Shown: positions 37,586 through 51,785, counted from the stretch's first letter. The stretch: DNA of 64,000 nt from Neoconidiobolus thromboides FSU 785 (GCA_025603075.1 MU626283.1:1-64000), one strand, 5' to 3'. Notes: generated by a model not told the origin, from the sequence alone. Numbers and translations: made by a program.

Positions 37586-40500
37586 ATGAATATGAATTTT
37601 CTTTACAATACCTTTGTGGCTCCAGAGATTGAAGATAGTCAATTGGACTCAAAGGATCAAATTACCAAGCTGAAGGCTCAGCTAGAACAAGAATTAAATA
37701 AAGGAGAGACGGCCAATATTTTAAATCAGATTAAAAATTTAATTAATAATCACCAAAAAGTAATAAAGTTTTGTCAAGGATTTAAGATTATTAATATTTA
37801 TTTAGGAAATTGGAGATAGCTGTTTAAATAATTTAATTACTAAATTCATCCTCGAAGACGATAATGTTTTATTAAGTGACTACTTAGATATATTTTATCA
37901 TCTATTTGATAATAAGGAAAATAAAACTAACGAGTATTGCTCCTTTTTTTCAAAAGTAAGGTAGTTAATTTATATAAGATGTAATAACAACATGTGTTTT
38001 TAGGAAATCAAAGCGATAGAAAAGATATTTAGTATACTTAATAAAAATGATTTTTATATTAAATACAACGGAATCAAAGTATTGCAGCAACTTTACAATT
38101 TAAGTGAAGAAACAATGAATCAAATATTGATTAAGAACCCACCATTTATAAACAATTTAATGGATTTAATTGAAGAGGATAAAGAAATGGTACGAAATGA
38201 AATTATAATATTGATTGAGCAAATTATCAAAAATAATCTTGAGCTACAAAAAATATTTGTATTTCAGAATTTATATGAAAAAATAATAACTATCATTGAG
38301 CAAGAATTTTGTTTTGATGGGGGTATCATTGTATACGATTGTATTTATTTATTGATTCAATTGTTAAAAGCTAACGTTTCCAATCAGTTATTTTTTATTG
38401 AATCGAATTATATTACCAGATTATCAACCATATTAAGTAGTTTATGCGAACAGTATGATCCTAGTTATTGGCAAGATAGACAAAAAGTGAATAATATTTT
38501 AAAATTTATTTATTTAATAAATATATTAATTAATAATCAAAATAATAATACTAATAATAATTCAGTGCAAACAAAAATATTGAAAAGTGGTATTTTTAAT
38601 TCAATCTTGTTAATTATCGATATCCCTACTTTGCCAAGGATTTTATTAACTCATTTCTTATCTCTTTTGGCTGAAATAATTAATAATAATTCATACAACC
38701 AAGCTGTTTTTAAACAAACAAATTTCTTAATTGAAGATTCTATTCCAGTACTATTAATCAACCATATCCTCAACTTAGCTTTAGAATCAGATGCAGATGA
38801 AGCTAGCAAATTAGCATGTATTAATATATTTAAGGTAATATTCAGTTGTTGCATTATTATATTATATTTAATCTAAGTTTTCTATAAGGCGTATTTGAGT
38901 AATAATATAAATGAAAAATTAAGCTTTGCATTTAAATTAAGAATGTATAATAATAACAGAAGTCAAAGTAATTTAGTTTCTTTAGTGTAGTATATATTTA
39001 AATATTTTTAGATAATGAACATGATAGAAGTATTGGAAATTTATTATTGGATACTATTATTTATCAAAATGAACACGAAGAAGAGGATGATGAAGAGGAT
39101 GATGAAGACAATGATGGAGAAAAAGAAAATAAACAAAACGGAACAGAAAAAAACACATTAACTATTAAAAATGTAAATGCGTGGTTCTCGATTATTTTAT
39201 TAATAGAGATTGTTAAAAATAACTCAGTTTGTAAAGATTTGGTGTTAGATGCTAAATTGAATACAGCAACTTATGGTAATTTAAAAGTATAAATTAGTAG
39301 TAATCTATATTAATTAATATAAGGCTCGACTAATTTTATCCAGTTTATTTTGAATGAATTAATTGGTATTATCAATAAAATGGAAAATAACGCGAATAGG
39401 AGTGTAAAGGATGAAAATGAGTTTGAAGATCCAATTTATTATCATTATTTATTATTTCTAGTAGTTATTATTTATGATCATACCTCGTCTATTCAGTGTA
39501 TTCTAGGTCAAAAAGAGAATATAAATTTAGTAAGCTATTAATAACGTTATTTATTATTTTACTTACTAGTTTTTATTTAGTTTGTTAAGTTGGCTCAGTT
39601 AAATTTTAATTTAACAATTCAATCTCTTTCTATACTTGTGTTATTATTAATTTATCAATTTAATGATAATAGAAATTCATTGATTGAGCCGTAAGCTATT
39701 ATTTATCATAGATATCAATATAATATTAATATTTTTTAAAGAGAGGAGTATAAAAATGAAATTATTAAGCAAATCGGAATCGAAAAGATAAAAAATATCA
39801 AACAAATGATTCAATTTATTCGACCAAACCTATCTATCAATGAGTTACTTAGCAATTACAATTTGGATTCCCCATTTAATATTGTCGATTTTAATATGGA
39901 CTTAGATCATCATCAGTTTTTGAACAATAATTATGGTAATTATTATATTAATATTTATATGTTTGTTTATTTGTTTTGTTAGAATTAGCGCTTACCACAT
40001 TTTTGGATGACATTAAATTAATACTGCCTAAAAAAAGTAAGCCTTATTCAATAATTCAAATTAACTTGATGCTTTAATAATTTATTTTATAGTTGAAACC
40101 CAACTTGAAGAATATGAAAAAGAGATTAAAAGCCAAAAACAACAACTCAATGATAAGGAGACAGTGATTGAAGCACTAAAGAAACATCTGAATGAACTAT
40201 CATTAAAAATGAATGAAAAGAAAGAAGAAAAAGAAGAGAAATACAAACAAAATGAAGGTTTAATATTAAAATTAAATGAAGAATTAAATGAAAAAGAAAA
40301 GTTACTAGTAATTAAAAACAAAGAGCTTTTAAATAAAAACTCAATTATATCTAATAAAGAAGCTGAGCTTTTGGTCAATAATAATAAATTTAGCGCTTTG
40401 CTAAGGGAAAAAGATAATGTTATTGCAAGCAAAGAAAAGATGTTACAAAATAAAGACAAAGAGATTAAAGATAAAGAAGTCGAATTAAAGAAATTAGAGT

Positions 40501-40643
40501 TAGCTTTACAAGAATATACTAAAGTATCGGATTCCGTTGTTTATCTTTAAATCATTACTAATCTTATAATAAAATTATATATTCTCTATTTTAAATTTTA
40601 GTTTGAATATATCAAATCTATTTTTTTAAATGTAAATAAGTGA
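37586..40643 (+). CDS. USO1: Uso1/p115 vesicle tethering protein, multi-exon (3' end approximate)
   Basis: p115 head motifs LMDLIEEDKEMVRNE, LQKIFVFQN, DGGIIVYDC and NVSNQLFFIE, followed by a C-terminal coiled coil. Confidence 0.85.
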
Positions 40644-40698
40644 AAAACAAAACTACAAAAAAATAAGACTATATTTTCTATTATGGCTATAATGATGT

Positions 40699-41164
40699 TT
40701 AAAAAGGTAGGTTGGAAATTTTACCAGCTGATTCTTTTTCTTTTTCCTATTTTTCTAATTAATTCTAATATCTTTGTCTAAGTAAAATTATTACCTGTTT
40801 CCATTTATTGACGGTTTTATCCATATTATCAACTGCTGTATCCGTCTTTAATTTTCTAATTTATCGTTGTTAATTCTCTTATTTGGTCCCTATTAATTTA
40901 TCATTACCTATCCAAATAATTCTTTTGGTATTTTGTTCCTTCTGGTGTAACTCTGACTTCTTTGTTTTGTTTAACAGGTAATCCTAAATCACTTGGATTC
41001 ATTCCTAATAAATGACATGCTTTTCTTAAATCCGCTTGCTCTCTTAATGAGTATTTTGGTTTACACCATTTTTCATTGATAAATTGAGGAGTGAAATCAG
41101 TGGCTTTAAATTGAGTTGTCTTCAAAAAGTTGATATATTTGCTGTGTAATACGCGTGGCTTCAT
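40699..41164 (-). CDS. MRPL25: Mitochondrial ribosomal protein mL59 (3 exons)
   Basis: W-x-KPKYSLREQADLRKAC motif; spliced C-terminus ...KISNLPF*. Confidence 0.8.
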
Positions 41165-41424
41165 TTTCTTCCTTTTGTTAAAAATTGTTTTTTTTGAATA
41201 TTAAAAAGTGAAGTTTTGAGAACTAGTTTTGGATTGAAATTTTAATTTGGGATTTCAATATAATTTCAAACTTATACTATTCTAAAAACCATTTGTGTTA
41301 ACAGTTTTTGTTTAAGTTAGTATATATATACAATAGAGTAATGTCATATATATATTCTTAATGAATAATAAGTAAAGTTTAACAAAAAGTAAATAAGAAG
41401 TTTAAAAAAGATCTTCTAATCAAA

Positions 41425-41496
41425 AGGTCATGCCGAGGCTCGAACTCGGATTACAAGAATCAGAATCTTGGGTGCTAGCCATTACACTACACGACC
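41425..41496 (-). tRNA. tRNA-Gln(CTG)
   Basis: The reverse complement gives GGTCGTG...CATGACC, with anticodon arm CAAGA-TTCTGAT-TCTTG. Confidence 0.95.
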
Positions 41497-41943
41497 AGTT
41501 TGCATACCCCAATGAAGAAGTATAATATTTAATCTATTTTATTATAGAATCTTTTAAGTTTGATATTGTAAAAATAGCTTACTAATAACAAAAATTCATT
41601 TATTGTATAGTAATTAGCACTTAAAGTGTGCTGTAAATTCAATCGATTGTATATAAAATAAGCAATTTGAATTATTTAAATTTGGCCAGCACTGACAATT
41701 TTAAAAAACACAATGAATTTTAACAATTTTAATGAGGGGGGATTACATTAGTTTTCAAGTTTGAAATGAAATGACTTGGTCAGCGCTATAAAAAAGGCAA
41801 ATTCATGGTGTATTTAGACTGGCTAAGTTTATTAAAAGAGCTCCTTAAATTTAATTTTCGAAATTCAATTTTTTAAATTTACTTTATTTTTTTAATTGTA
41901 ACAAAAAGCAACATTTTACATTTGTAATTAGTACCAAGGCATC

Positions 41944-43271
41944 ATGTATAAACAGTTGAAGTCAATAAAGAATCACTTTATAAATTATATAAACAACCTA
42001 AAAACAAATCCGAAGAATATTTTGAGTAAGCATAAACTAAGACTCATTATAGGAAACGAGGCTGCAGGTAATTAAAGCTGTTATATCTTTATTATAAAAT
42101 CACTAATGTCACCCTAGATCTTGACTCAATCGTATCCTCTATAGCCTTAGGCCTCGCTTTAAATACGCCCAAAACTCTATTTAACGATCCGGTCATCCCA
42201 TCCACTTTATCCATCCCAATCATTAACATTCCACGTCAAGATATCCAGCTCCGACCTGAAGCCTTATTCTTGTTTGATTACTGTAATCTCACCTTTGATG
42301 ATATCCTATTTATAAACGATGAGCCTGTATCTCAACTGATTCAATTATTGAAAAATAGCAATGTAGTAAAAGAAAATATAAAGCTTGACTTCACCCTAGT
42401 AGACCACAACATTTTAAACCCTCACTTTTCAAGCTGGCCAGCTACAGTATCTCAAATCTTTGATCACCATCAGGATGAAAAAAAACACTTAGACGCAGAT
42501 ATACGTATAGTTGAACCTGTTGGATCCAATACCACACTTATCATGGAGCAGATTAAAAAGCTAATTAAACAAGGTGAAACTGAAGAAAACTTGCTTAGTT
42601 TACCAAGTTTTGCCAAGCTTTTACTTGGTCCTATTTTGGTCGATACTGTTAATTTAAAGGGCGAATATGGTAGGGTTACAGACAAAGATCGGAATGTTGC
42701 CAATGAGCTTGGTGATATTATTAAAAATGAGAGCTCAGGTGAGTTTACTTTTGATGATTATTTTAAGCAGTTAAACCAGGCTAAGAAGGAGGTTGGAAGT
42801 ATGAATACGGTACAGTTGTTGAGAAGAGATTTTAAAACCTGGGAAGTGAAGAAAGGGATTAGTTTGGGTATTTCATCGATCATCAATTTTGATTTAAAAG
42901 ATTGGAGGATCAGAGATAAGAAAGAGTCAGAACAGGGGGAGTACTCAAATCTACTATCATCTTGTCAAGAGTTTTCAGAAGGATCGGATTTGACTATTTT
43001 AATAGTTCTTTTATCAAAAGAATATTCTAGTCCAGATAAGGACGATTTATTTAGAAGAGAGATGGTTATCTACACCAAAGATAGATGCCTTTTAAAATAT
43101 ATTCAAAATCAATTAGAAAAGTGTGCCATCTTAAATTTAAAAAATTTAGACTATATTAAGAATACTAAGTTCATTGAAACGAACTTCATAGGCTATGAAC
43201 AGAAGAATATTTCAGCTTCTAGAAAAGTTTCCTATCCTATTATTAGAGATATGTTAATAAATTATAAATAA
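41944..43271 (+). CDS. PPX1: Exopolyphosphatase, DHH/prune family (2 exons)
   Basis: IIGNEAA|DLDSIVSS, LVDHN, IFDHH, VGSNTTLI, ILVDTVNL, LRRDFK, SRKVSYP. Confidence 0.9.
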
Positions 43272-43560
43272 TCTTTTAAATAATGGTAAAGTTGGATATA
43301 TACTGTAATCAAAAGTTAAAAGGATTTTTAAGATAAGCATAAATTATATTTTATAAAATTCTAATTTAAAAATTATACAGTAATAAATTTGTTGGTTTTA
43401 TCTAAATATTGAGAATTAAAGCTAGTGAGAGCATATATTAAAACGCTTAAATTTATAAACAAAAATAATTTCATTCAAGAAAGGTGAATTGAATAAAACA
43501 AAATCGTAACCATAGTTCGATATAAAATAGTTTTCCATTCTCAATGCTCATAAATAAAAC

Positions 43561-43888
43561 TTAACATGTACGATATAACAAAATCGCGGTCAATCCGATA
43601 TAAAAATAGATAAAGCATTTAGTTTCTAAACAAAGTAATTAATAACCAACATCTGAAATAAAATCTCAACCTACCATGGGTAACTGAGGAGCCAAATGAA
43701 CGGCCAACTATGCAATGCCAGTGAGGTCCATATTTTTGGTCAAAGTGGCGTTTAATATAAGTGGCCACATCTCTTTCTACATTGTTTTTTTCTAATGCTT
43801 CAGCAGCGAAAAAAAAGACTTCTTCTTGCATGTCTTCTGACATGTCCACGCTTTTAACTACTGGTTTTGAATCCTGCCCTTTATCCAT
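43561..43888 (-). CDS. DYN2: Dynein light chain LC8 (2 exons)
   Basis: KSVDMSEDMQ...IKRHFDQKYGPHWHCIVGRSFGSSVTH|ETKCFIYFYIG... Confidence 0.95.
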
Positions 43889-44063
43889 TTAAAATTTATA
43901 AATTAACTGAAAAATCTGCGTCATAATTTTAGCCTTAAACGTATTCATTGGATGAGGATCAAGGATTTAGCTAGGTTATGGGATTTTTAGGAATCGCCTT
44001 TGACTTATCATAAACTTTTAGAAATCAATAAATTTTATTTTTTACATAGAATAATATCAAAAA

Positions 44064-44483
44064 ATGACTATTGGCAAAAAATTAGTGTATTTCCCCAACT
44101 TAGTATTTACAATGGTACGTACCAGTTTACCACCAAATCAAGTAGCTTTCCGTGTACCACTGAAAACGAGCAAATTAGATATCCGTGATTATTTATATAA
44201 CTTATATCAAGTTAAAGCTGTAGATGTAAGAACTATGATCTACCAAGGTACGATGACTAGAAATAGAGCTACTCGTCGTCGTACTAGAAATGCCTCAACT
44301 AAAAAGGCAATCGTTACTTTAGAAAACGAATTCCAATACCCAGAACCCCCAAATATGGAAGACTTTGGTGGATCCCAAACTAAATTAGCTATGGATAAAG
44401 TAAAATCGAAACTTAAGGGATGGCGTATACGTCAAAATCTTAGCGCTGTATCTAAATCGGTTTCAGAAAGTAAATCAACATAA
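44064..44483 (+). CDS. MRP20: Mitochondrial ribosomal protein uL23m
   Basis: VYFPN...PPNQVAFRVPLKTSKLDIRDYLYNLYQV...VRT...KKAIVTLE. Confidence 0.9.
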   Translation: MTIGKKLVYFPNLVFTMVRTSLPPNQVAFRVPLKTSKLDIRDYLYNLYQVKAVDVRTMIYQGTMTRNRATRRRTRNASTKKAIVTLENEFQYPEPPNMEDFGGSQTKLAMDKVKSKLKGWRIRQNLSAVSKSVSESKST

Positions 44484-45059
44484 ATGCGTTTTTAAGTATA
44501 TAAATCAAGCTAGAGTTTAAAATTGGAAAGATAACATATTTTGTTTAATTTGATAGGATAGGGTTTTAAACTATGAATTAAAATTAAAACTAAAATTAGA
44601 GATTATAGGATTGAGTGTTTGATTATTTAAACGTTTCGATTTTATTTCTTAATATACTTATAGCTATAAAGGATTCAGTTGTTTAGAAAGATTAATTATA
44701 TAATTCTTATTGTACAGCTCAAAAATTAACTAGAACATTTAAATTGCTATATATATTTATTAAACTATATCGATGTAGCTCAGAAAAATAATCATCAAAA
44801 AATTAAAATAAAGAAATAGAATAAGAATAGAACATAATTTTTCATTCTAATAGTGAAGCTTTTTAATATAAGATAGTATTAAAAAGCCCTTTGGAACAAA
44901 ATATACTATATGAGTTTATGTTTATAGATATAAATTAGAGTAGATAGTTTTAAAAACTGTAATACTATCAAGCTATAGAAATTGATTTTAAATAAACGAA
45001 TTATTTTAACTAGTTTCCCACGTTCGAATATATATTCCTTATCATTAGTATATCTTTTT

Positions 45060-45100
45060 TTAAAAGATGAAAAAGATAATGAAGTCAAAAAAAACACTCC
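45060..45100 (+). mobile_element. 3' half of a MITE copy
   Basis: TTAAAAGATGAAAAAGATAATGAAGTCAAAAAAAACACTCC|ATAT matches the element 3' end. Confidence 0.7.
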
Positions 45101-45132
45101 ATATATTTTTATTTAGAATAACAAAAAAAAAA

Positions 45133-45203
45133 TGCAATGTCCGGGAATCGAACCCGGGGCTGCCGCGTGGCAGGCGGCAATTTTACCACTAAACCAACAT
45201 TGC
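45133..45203 (-). tRNA. tRNA-Gly(GCC)
   Basis: The reverse complement gives GCAATGT...ACATTGC, with anticodon arm GCCGC-CTGCCAC-GCGGC. Confidence 0.95.
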
Positions 45204-45365
45204 AACTGTTCAATGGTGTTGTTTAAAAGTAGTATATACATTTAAAAATAGTTTGTATGTGTGTTTTATATATAGCTCTGTCTATAATCTAAATAAGTTA
45301 TCTATATAATATATTTATGGACCAAAATCATTGAAGATACCAAAACAATAATAGCTAATTTATAA

Positions 45366-48351
45366 TTAAAAATCTCTATAATTTTATTTCAACTATTCTA
45401 ACAATTTAATCTTACTTAAACAAGTTTAAAGCAGATGTCTTTTTATGTCCTTTGAATACAAGGCTATCATCTAAAACCAATATTAATATTTCTTTGGTAA
45501 CAAAAAATAACAAAAAAAGTTTACCATTCAAATTATTATTCAAAGTATTAACCAACTCATTACCATTGGAAGATAAGTATTTTGAGGAGTAGCCTAAACC
45601 AAGGATAGGTTCTTTAAGTAATTCTTTCAATTGATATTTCAATTTTTCTAATTGACCTTGTTTCTTTTTATTTTTTATCTTACTAACATCTTCATCTGAG
45701 CTAAGGCTAAAAGAATATCAATAAACAAAATCTAATTATAATTTAAACATCTATTACTTATCTGAATCCAATTCAATTTCCAATAGATCCGCTGATTTTT
45801 TAAGCCAGGATTTATCTGCTTTATCCTAAAATATAATCAGCACCTCTTAGAAAATAATCAAAATCTTCACTTACCTTATCTAAACCATGTTGTAACTGGT
45901 CGACCTGCTTAGCAAGCGCGAGTCTAGCTTTTAGTTTTGAAGCTAACAGTGAATCCACTGGAAACTCTTGAATATTAGCTCTTTTCAAAGCTTTGCAGAT
46001 ATTACGATAAGCTTTAAGCTCCTCTGGACAACAAAGCATCAACGACATACCTTGACGTTTAGCACGAGCAGTACGACCAGATCGATGAATATATATTTCT
46101 CCGCTTCTTGGTATTTGATAATGTACAATATATTCTACATTAGGAATATCTAACCCTCGAGCAGCTACATCAGAACAAATTAATACTACATTTTCTTCAT
46201 TTTTAAATCGATCGACATTTTTCAATCTTTGCCTTTGTGGCATCTGTGCATGTAATGGGTAGGCGTTTACATTTAAATTTTTTAAGATCGGTACTATTCT
46301 TCGGATACTATCAATGCTGTTTAAGAATACTAGCGTACGGCCAGGGTACCTTGTTACAAAGAAATAGAGATAAAGATCCTAAATATACGTTAATAACTTT
46401 ATTAATAATTTAATTTAATATTACTTTTTCTTCTTTGATACAGTCAATTCTAGCTTCAATCAATTTTTCACTTGTTATCTTTTTACTAGTTATATCGATA
46501 TGTACTGGATTACTATCTTTGAATTTGATCTTTTTTATTATAGCATCTAAATATAAAATATTAATAATCAAAAAATGCGAATGAACAAAATTTACCTATT
46601 ACTGACTCCTTTGGTTTCTTGCTCTTAAAATTAGGATTCGAAGTGTTACCATCCATAGTAGCAGAGAAAATAAAAGATTGATAGTTTGTATTACTTCTAT
46701 AATAAAAGAAACATGTAAATTATAAATTACTAACAATATAAAAATGATTACTTGTTGACCAAATCTAAAATGTATTGTAGTTCTTTAAAATGGCCTTTTT
46801 CAATCATTCTATCAGCTTCATCCAATACAAGGAACTTGATATTTTGGACCAAATTTTTATTAAAATTGGACTAATTATTAATCAATAAAGAATGAAAAAA
46901 TAGATCAGTAGTTAATTTACTTGTGTAATCAATTCCCATAAACGACCTGGTGTAGCAACCAAAATATGTGGAATATGATTCAATATTCTTTCTTGCTTTT
47001 GAATACTCATACCACCAACGATAGCATCAACCTAAAAATTAAATAACCTTCGTATATTGTCTATATGATATTCACCTTAATTCTAGCATATTTTGTCATT
47101 GCTTTTAAATGGTCTTTAATTTGAATAGCTAATTCACGGGTGGGTGATAAAATCAACGCAAATAACTTTTGATTTTTTTCTAACGAGTTATCCATATAAG
47201 CTAATTTATTCAATATTGGTAATCCAAAGGCTAATGTTTTTCCAGAACCCTAAGCATATTATCAATAAACGATAATTAATATTTTATTAATCCAACTTAC
47301 AGTTTCAGCACAACCAATGATATCTTTACCCTTCATAGCTTGTGGCATCACTCTTTTTTGAATTTCAGTAGGGCTTTCAAATCCTTGATCTTGAATTGCT
47401 TTTAAAATCCTTTCATTTAAATTGTATTCATTCCAATGTTTCGTAGAATCACCTGGTACTTTAAAATAATTTCAATCTTTTATACTAATAAATATTATTT
47501 AAATTTACCAAACTTAAACTCAGCTTCTTTGTTTTCTTTATCATTAATTATAGTTTTTGCTTTCTTTTCCTTCTTTTCTTTTTTTTCTATCATCTTTTTT
47601 TCCAAGTCTCCAAAGTTAAAGTCTCCATCGCTTTCTTTTTCATTGTCTGATTCATTCCCTCCTTCTATAGCTTCTTCTTCATCTCCTTCTATATCTTCTT
47701 CTATATCTTCTTCATCTGATTCTGTATCTTCATCTATATCTTCTTCTATATCTTCTTCTTCTTCTATGATATCCTCCTCTGTATTTTCAATTTCCTGAAT
47801 TCCTTCTTCTTCACTATCCGAAAGAGGCCTTAAAACTAAGGGTCTTTTATTTTTCCTTTCTTTTTTAACTTCATCACCAGCTTCGGTTTCAACAAAATCA
47901 TTAACATGAATAAATTCTACTTTTTTCATTTCTTCGATTGATAAAGGAAGTTCATACTCATCTTTTTTAGCTTTATTATTGTTCTTTTTTAACTTTTTTT
48001 CATCAATTACCTATTAAAATGTTAGTTTTATCTCGTAGAAAGCTTAATTCTATATTATTAAATTACTTTAAATTGTAATGTTTTACCGCCATTTTTATCT
48101 TCTACCCATTCACAATCTACTCCCTCAATTTCTTCAAAACCTAATACATCTCCCATATCATCAGAAATTGTCAAAGCTTCACTGGTCTCCACTTTTTTCC
48201 AGGGTAAAGCGTTATATCGAATTGCTTTAACAGCTGGCATTGGTGGCGGATTATTACTTATCTCATGCCATTTCAAATCATTTTCAGTAGTATTACTTGT
48301 TCTCTTCTTTTTATTTTGTTGACTGTTGGTTTTATTCCCTTTTTTTGCCAT
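45366..48351 (-). CDS. MAK5: DEAD-box RNA helicase Mak5/DDX24, multi-exon (3' end approximate)
   Basis: [69 protein letters not shown]; long acidic N-terminal region. Confidence 0.92.
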
Positions 48352-48976
48352 TTTGAAAGTAAGAATGAGTTGAGTTTTTTTGATTTGGGTTTTAGTTTAT
48401 TTTCGAAAATAAATCAATCTGGAAAACGGATTTTCGGACTGGTTATTAGCGGTGAAAAACCAATTTTTTTTGTTGAATGTCATGATAGTAAACGAGTTTT
48501 TAGTAGTAGTATAGTAAATTATATGTACTAATTTATAAAATAGAGTTTTAGTATGTAAACAACATTAGCAAGGTAGCTTAAACTCTATGTATTATTTTTA
48601 TGAAGCATTATTTAAAAATTTCGATATTTTTGAAATTTTATTCTATTTTATTAGTTCAATCAATTTAGCCTTTTATCTTTTAGTAGGATTCACAACAATG
48701 AAGATATACAATAAAGCCAATCCTTTAGTAGTAAAAATGAAGATTTATAATATGATAGAAGCAATTTATAACTTTTATATAAATCTAATAGAATAGCTTG
48801 AAGCTACTATCATTAAACTTGGCTAAACTAACTTCCGTTTTGCCATTTGATTGGTTGATCTAAAAACCTCAAAAAATTGATAATTAAGCATAATTTAATT
48901 GCCAATAATGAATCGAGCTAAGTGTGATTAATCTCGAAATTCAAAAAAGCCATTTTTAGTTTACTAAAATAAAATT

Positions 48977-51505
48977 ATGGCAGGAACCGAAGCAGTAGTT
49001 GGAGCACAACAAGCAGTACCTCAAGGAGCGCCACAAACAGAAGAAAATTTCTTCCAAAGATGGGGTGGTACTATTTTTAGAATGGTAGTTATGTATTGGT
49101 TGGTACAATCTTTTCAAGGTAAATTTATTAGACTAAACTTTAATTATATGATAGTTAGATGAATAATAGTATTCAGTTGTGAAATAAAGTGAGTTACTAA
49201 ATTAATATTAGGAAATAAAAATAAGCAAGAAACCACCAATGAGGTTGTAAAGGAAACTGATGGAGAAACTACTCAACAACAAGTAAAAATTACACCTATT
49301 ACACCAGCTAACGGTATTGTTAAACCAGCTTGGAAGTTTGGACAATCTATAGTATGTTTTTTTAATATTCTTTATAATTATATTTAATTTTCCCTAAATA
49401 AATAGTATTTTAAAATAGTAATAAATGAAGAAGAAACTATTCAATCCACAAAAGATGAAAATAGTTTATATACTTTTCAAACAGACCCATTTGTATTTAC
49501 TGCTGAGGAATTCAAGTTCAATTATAACCATCAAATTGAATTATCAAATGTAAAATTTTTAATCGATTGTTGAAATTCAGTTTTAATATATAAATAGAAT
49601 ACCCAACATAACGGAACTATTTATGCTCATTTATATTTAGCTAAGGAGGGTTTCTCTATTAATGAAGAGGATAGCAATTACTCTCCAGAAGCTGTTTTGT
49701 ATAGAAAAAAAGGTAATTATTTTTCAAAAATATTATGTATAAATAACAGCTATTAAATGAATTTTAGTATTGACACGTTATTTCCCAATCAAAAAGCAAG
49801 CTAAAATGAAAAGATTAATTGGAAACAATAAAGAAGAGGAAGAGGAAGAAGCTGAAGAAGTTATTATTGCTGATGATTCAACAAAGGAAACCAAAACTAA
49901 CTTTGTAAGTTTTTATTACTTTTTTTAAAACCTCTAAGTTATTTATTTTATCAAGAAATCTTTATTACTAAAAAATACTGGACCTGTATATGCTCATTGG
50001 CACAATAATTTTACTATTCAGTTGGTAAATAGTGATACTCCACTTCAATCTAGAGGTTTACCACCTCCAGTATTAGAGCGTAAGTTATACAGCCATGAAA
50101 ATTAATATACAATTATTAAACAAAATGCATCAATAGATATAAGATACATCCATGAAGCAGATAAGGAAATCCAAGATTCTATTTATCCTATTGTTTATTT
50201 TAATGATTTTTGGGTATTAAGAGAAAATTGCTATCCCGTTAATCAAACTTTGAGGTAAATTGAATAGAATTCGGTATATTATTAGTATAACTCATGATGT
50301 TGATATTATAATTACTAGCACTCTACCAATCAACGTTGAAATTAGTAACATAGCATTATGGAAGTTTCAAATGATAGCAGCAGCCGATGCTCAACTTAGT
50401 ATGCAAATGCAAATGATGGGTGGAGATCCACATGAAATGGATTTAATTAAAGTAAAAATAAATTCATATTAAATAATCATAATTGTAATAATACTCTTAT
50501 TAGTCTACATTGATGGATACCAACCCTTGGTTATTAGGATTAACTATGATAGTATCTTTACTTCATTCTTTATTTGATTTCTTAGCATTTAAAAATGGTA
50601 AATGTTTCTTTAAAGTTTTTGGGCTTCGTTTTAATTTGTAATTCTTAGATATTGCCTTCTGGCAAAACAAAAAAGATAATATTGGTGTTTCTGTTAGAAC
50701 CTTAACCATGAATATTATCTTCCAATTAATCATCTTTTTGTATTTATTTGATAATTCGGATTCTACTTCTTGGATGGTATTAATATCTAATTTCGTTTCT
50801 CTTTTAATTGAGGCTTGGAAAATCAAAAAAGCTTTAAATGTTAAAGTAAGTATTTTTATATTTTATTTGTTATGTTTTATTTATTAATTGAATTTTAGTT
50901 TATTAAGACAAATACTGGGTTTTTACCTTATACTTTAGAATTTCAATCAAAAGAAACTACCGAATTAGAAGAAAAGACCGATGAATACGATCAGGTAGGT
51001 TACTTGATTATAACAAAATTAACAGTATTTATCAAAATGTAATTTATAGATGGCTTACACTTACTTATCTTACATTGCGTATCCACTATTAGTAGGTTAT
51101 GCTATCTATTCCTTATACTATGAAACTCATAAGAGCTGGTATTCCTATTTCGTTAATACGGCTGTAGGGTTTGTATATGCTTTTGGATTTATAACAATGA
51201 CGCCCCAATTATTTATCAACTACAAACTTAAATCAGTTGCCCATATGCCTTTCAAAACATTTATGTATAAAGCATTAAACACTTTTATTGATGATTTATT
51301 CGCTTTTATCATTAAGATGCCAACCTTACATAGATTAGCTTGTTTAAGAGATGATGTAGTATTCTTTGTTTATCTTTATCAAAGGTGGATTTATAAAGAA
51401 GATCATACTAGAGCTAATGAATTTGGTCAAGTCGCTTTAGATGAAAATGAAACTAAAGATAAAAAAGAGGAGGCTAAATCCATTGAATCAAAAAAAGAAA
51501 AATAA
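48977..51505 (+). CDS. CLPTM1-family membrane protein (lipid scramblase-like), multi-exon
   Basis: NDFWVLRE, DTNPWLLGLT...FDFLAFKN, GFITMTPQLFINYKLKSVAHMP, KALNTFIDDLFAFIIKMPTLHRLACLRDD, NEFGQ. Confidence 0.95.
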
Positions 51506-51605
51506 AGTAGCATTTTTTTAGATAAATATTATTGTTTTTATGCTTTTTATTGTTTACAGTCAGTCCCCTTCTCAAAGTCTAATGTTATAAAAAGTTGGTT
51601 TATAT

Positions 51606-51785
51606 TTAACACCTACGACATCCTCCTGCTCCTCCTATACCGACTGCATGCGCTCCTCCAGGTCCAAACCCTATAGCTGCACCTAATCCAATATCTAAGA
51701 ACTTATCTTCTTTACTTTGATTAGAGTTTATCGGGATAGTAAGTACTAAAGTTGATAACGTAACTAATACGAATAATAATTTCAT
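51606..51785 (-). CDS. 59-aa secreted glycine-rich prepropeptide (below the ORF-track cutoff)
   Basis: ATG...TAA gives MKLLFVLVTLSTLVLTIPINSNQSKEDKFLDIGLGAAIGFGPGGAHAVGIGGAGGCRRC, with a classic signal peptide. It forms a GC-rich island in AT-rich DNA. Confidence 0.75.
   Translation of the reverse strand: MKLLFVLVTLSTLVLTIPINSNQSKEDKFLDIGLGAAIGFGPGGAHAVGIGGAGGCRRC

Noticed and set aside
43888-44064. 175-bp divergent spacing of DYN2 and MRP20
   Set aside because: Ordinary compact bidirectional housekeeping arrangement with no functional link.
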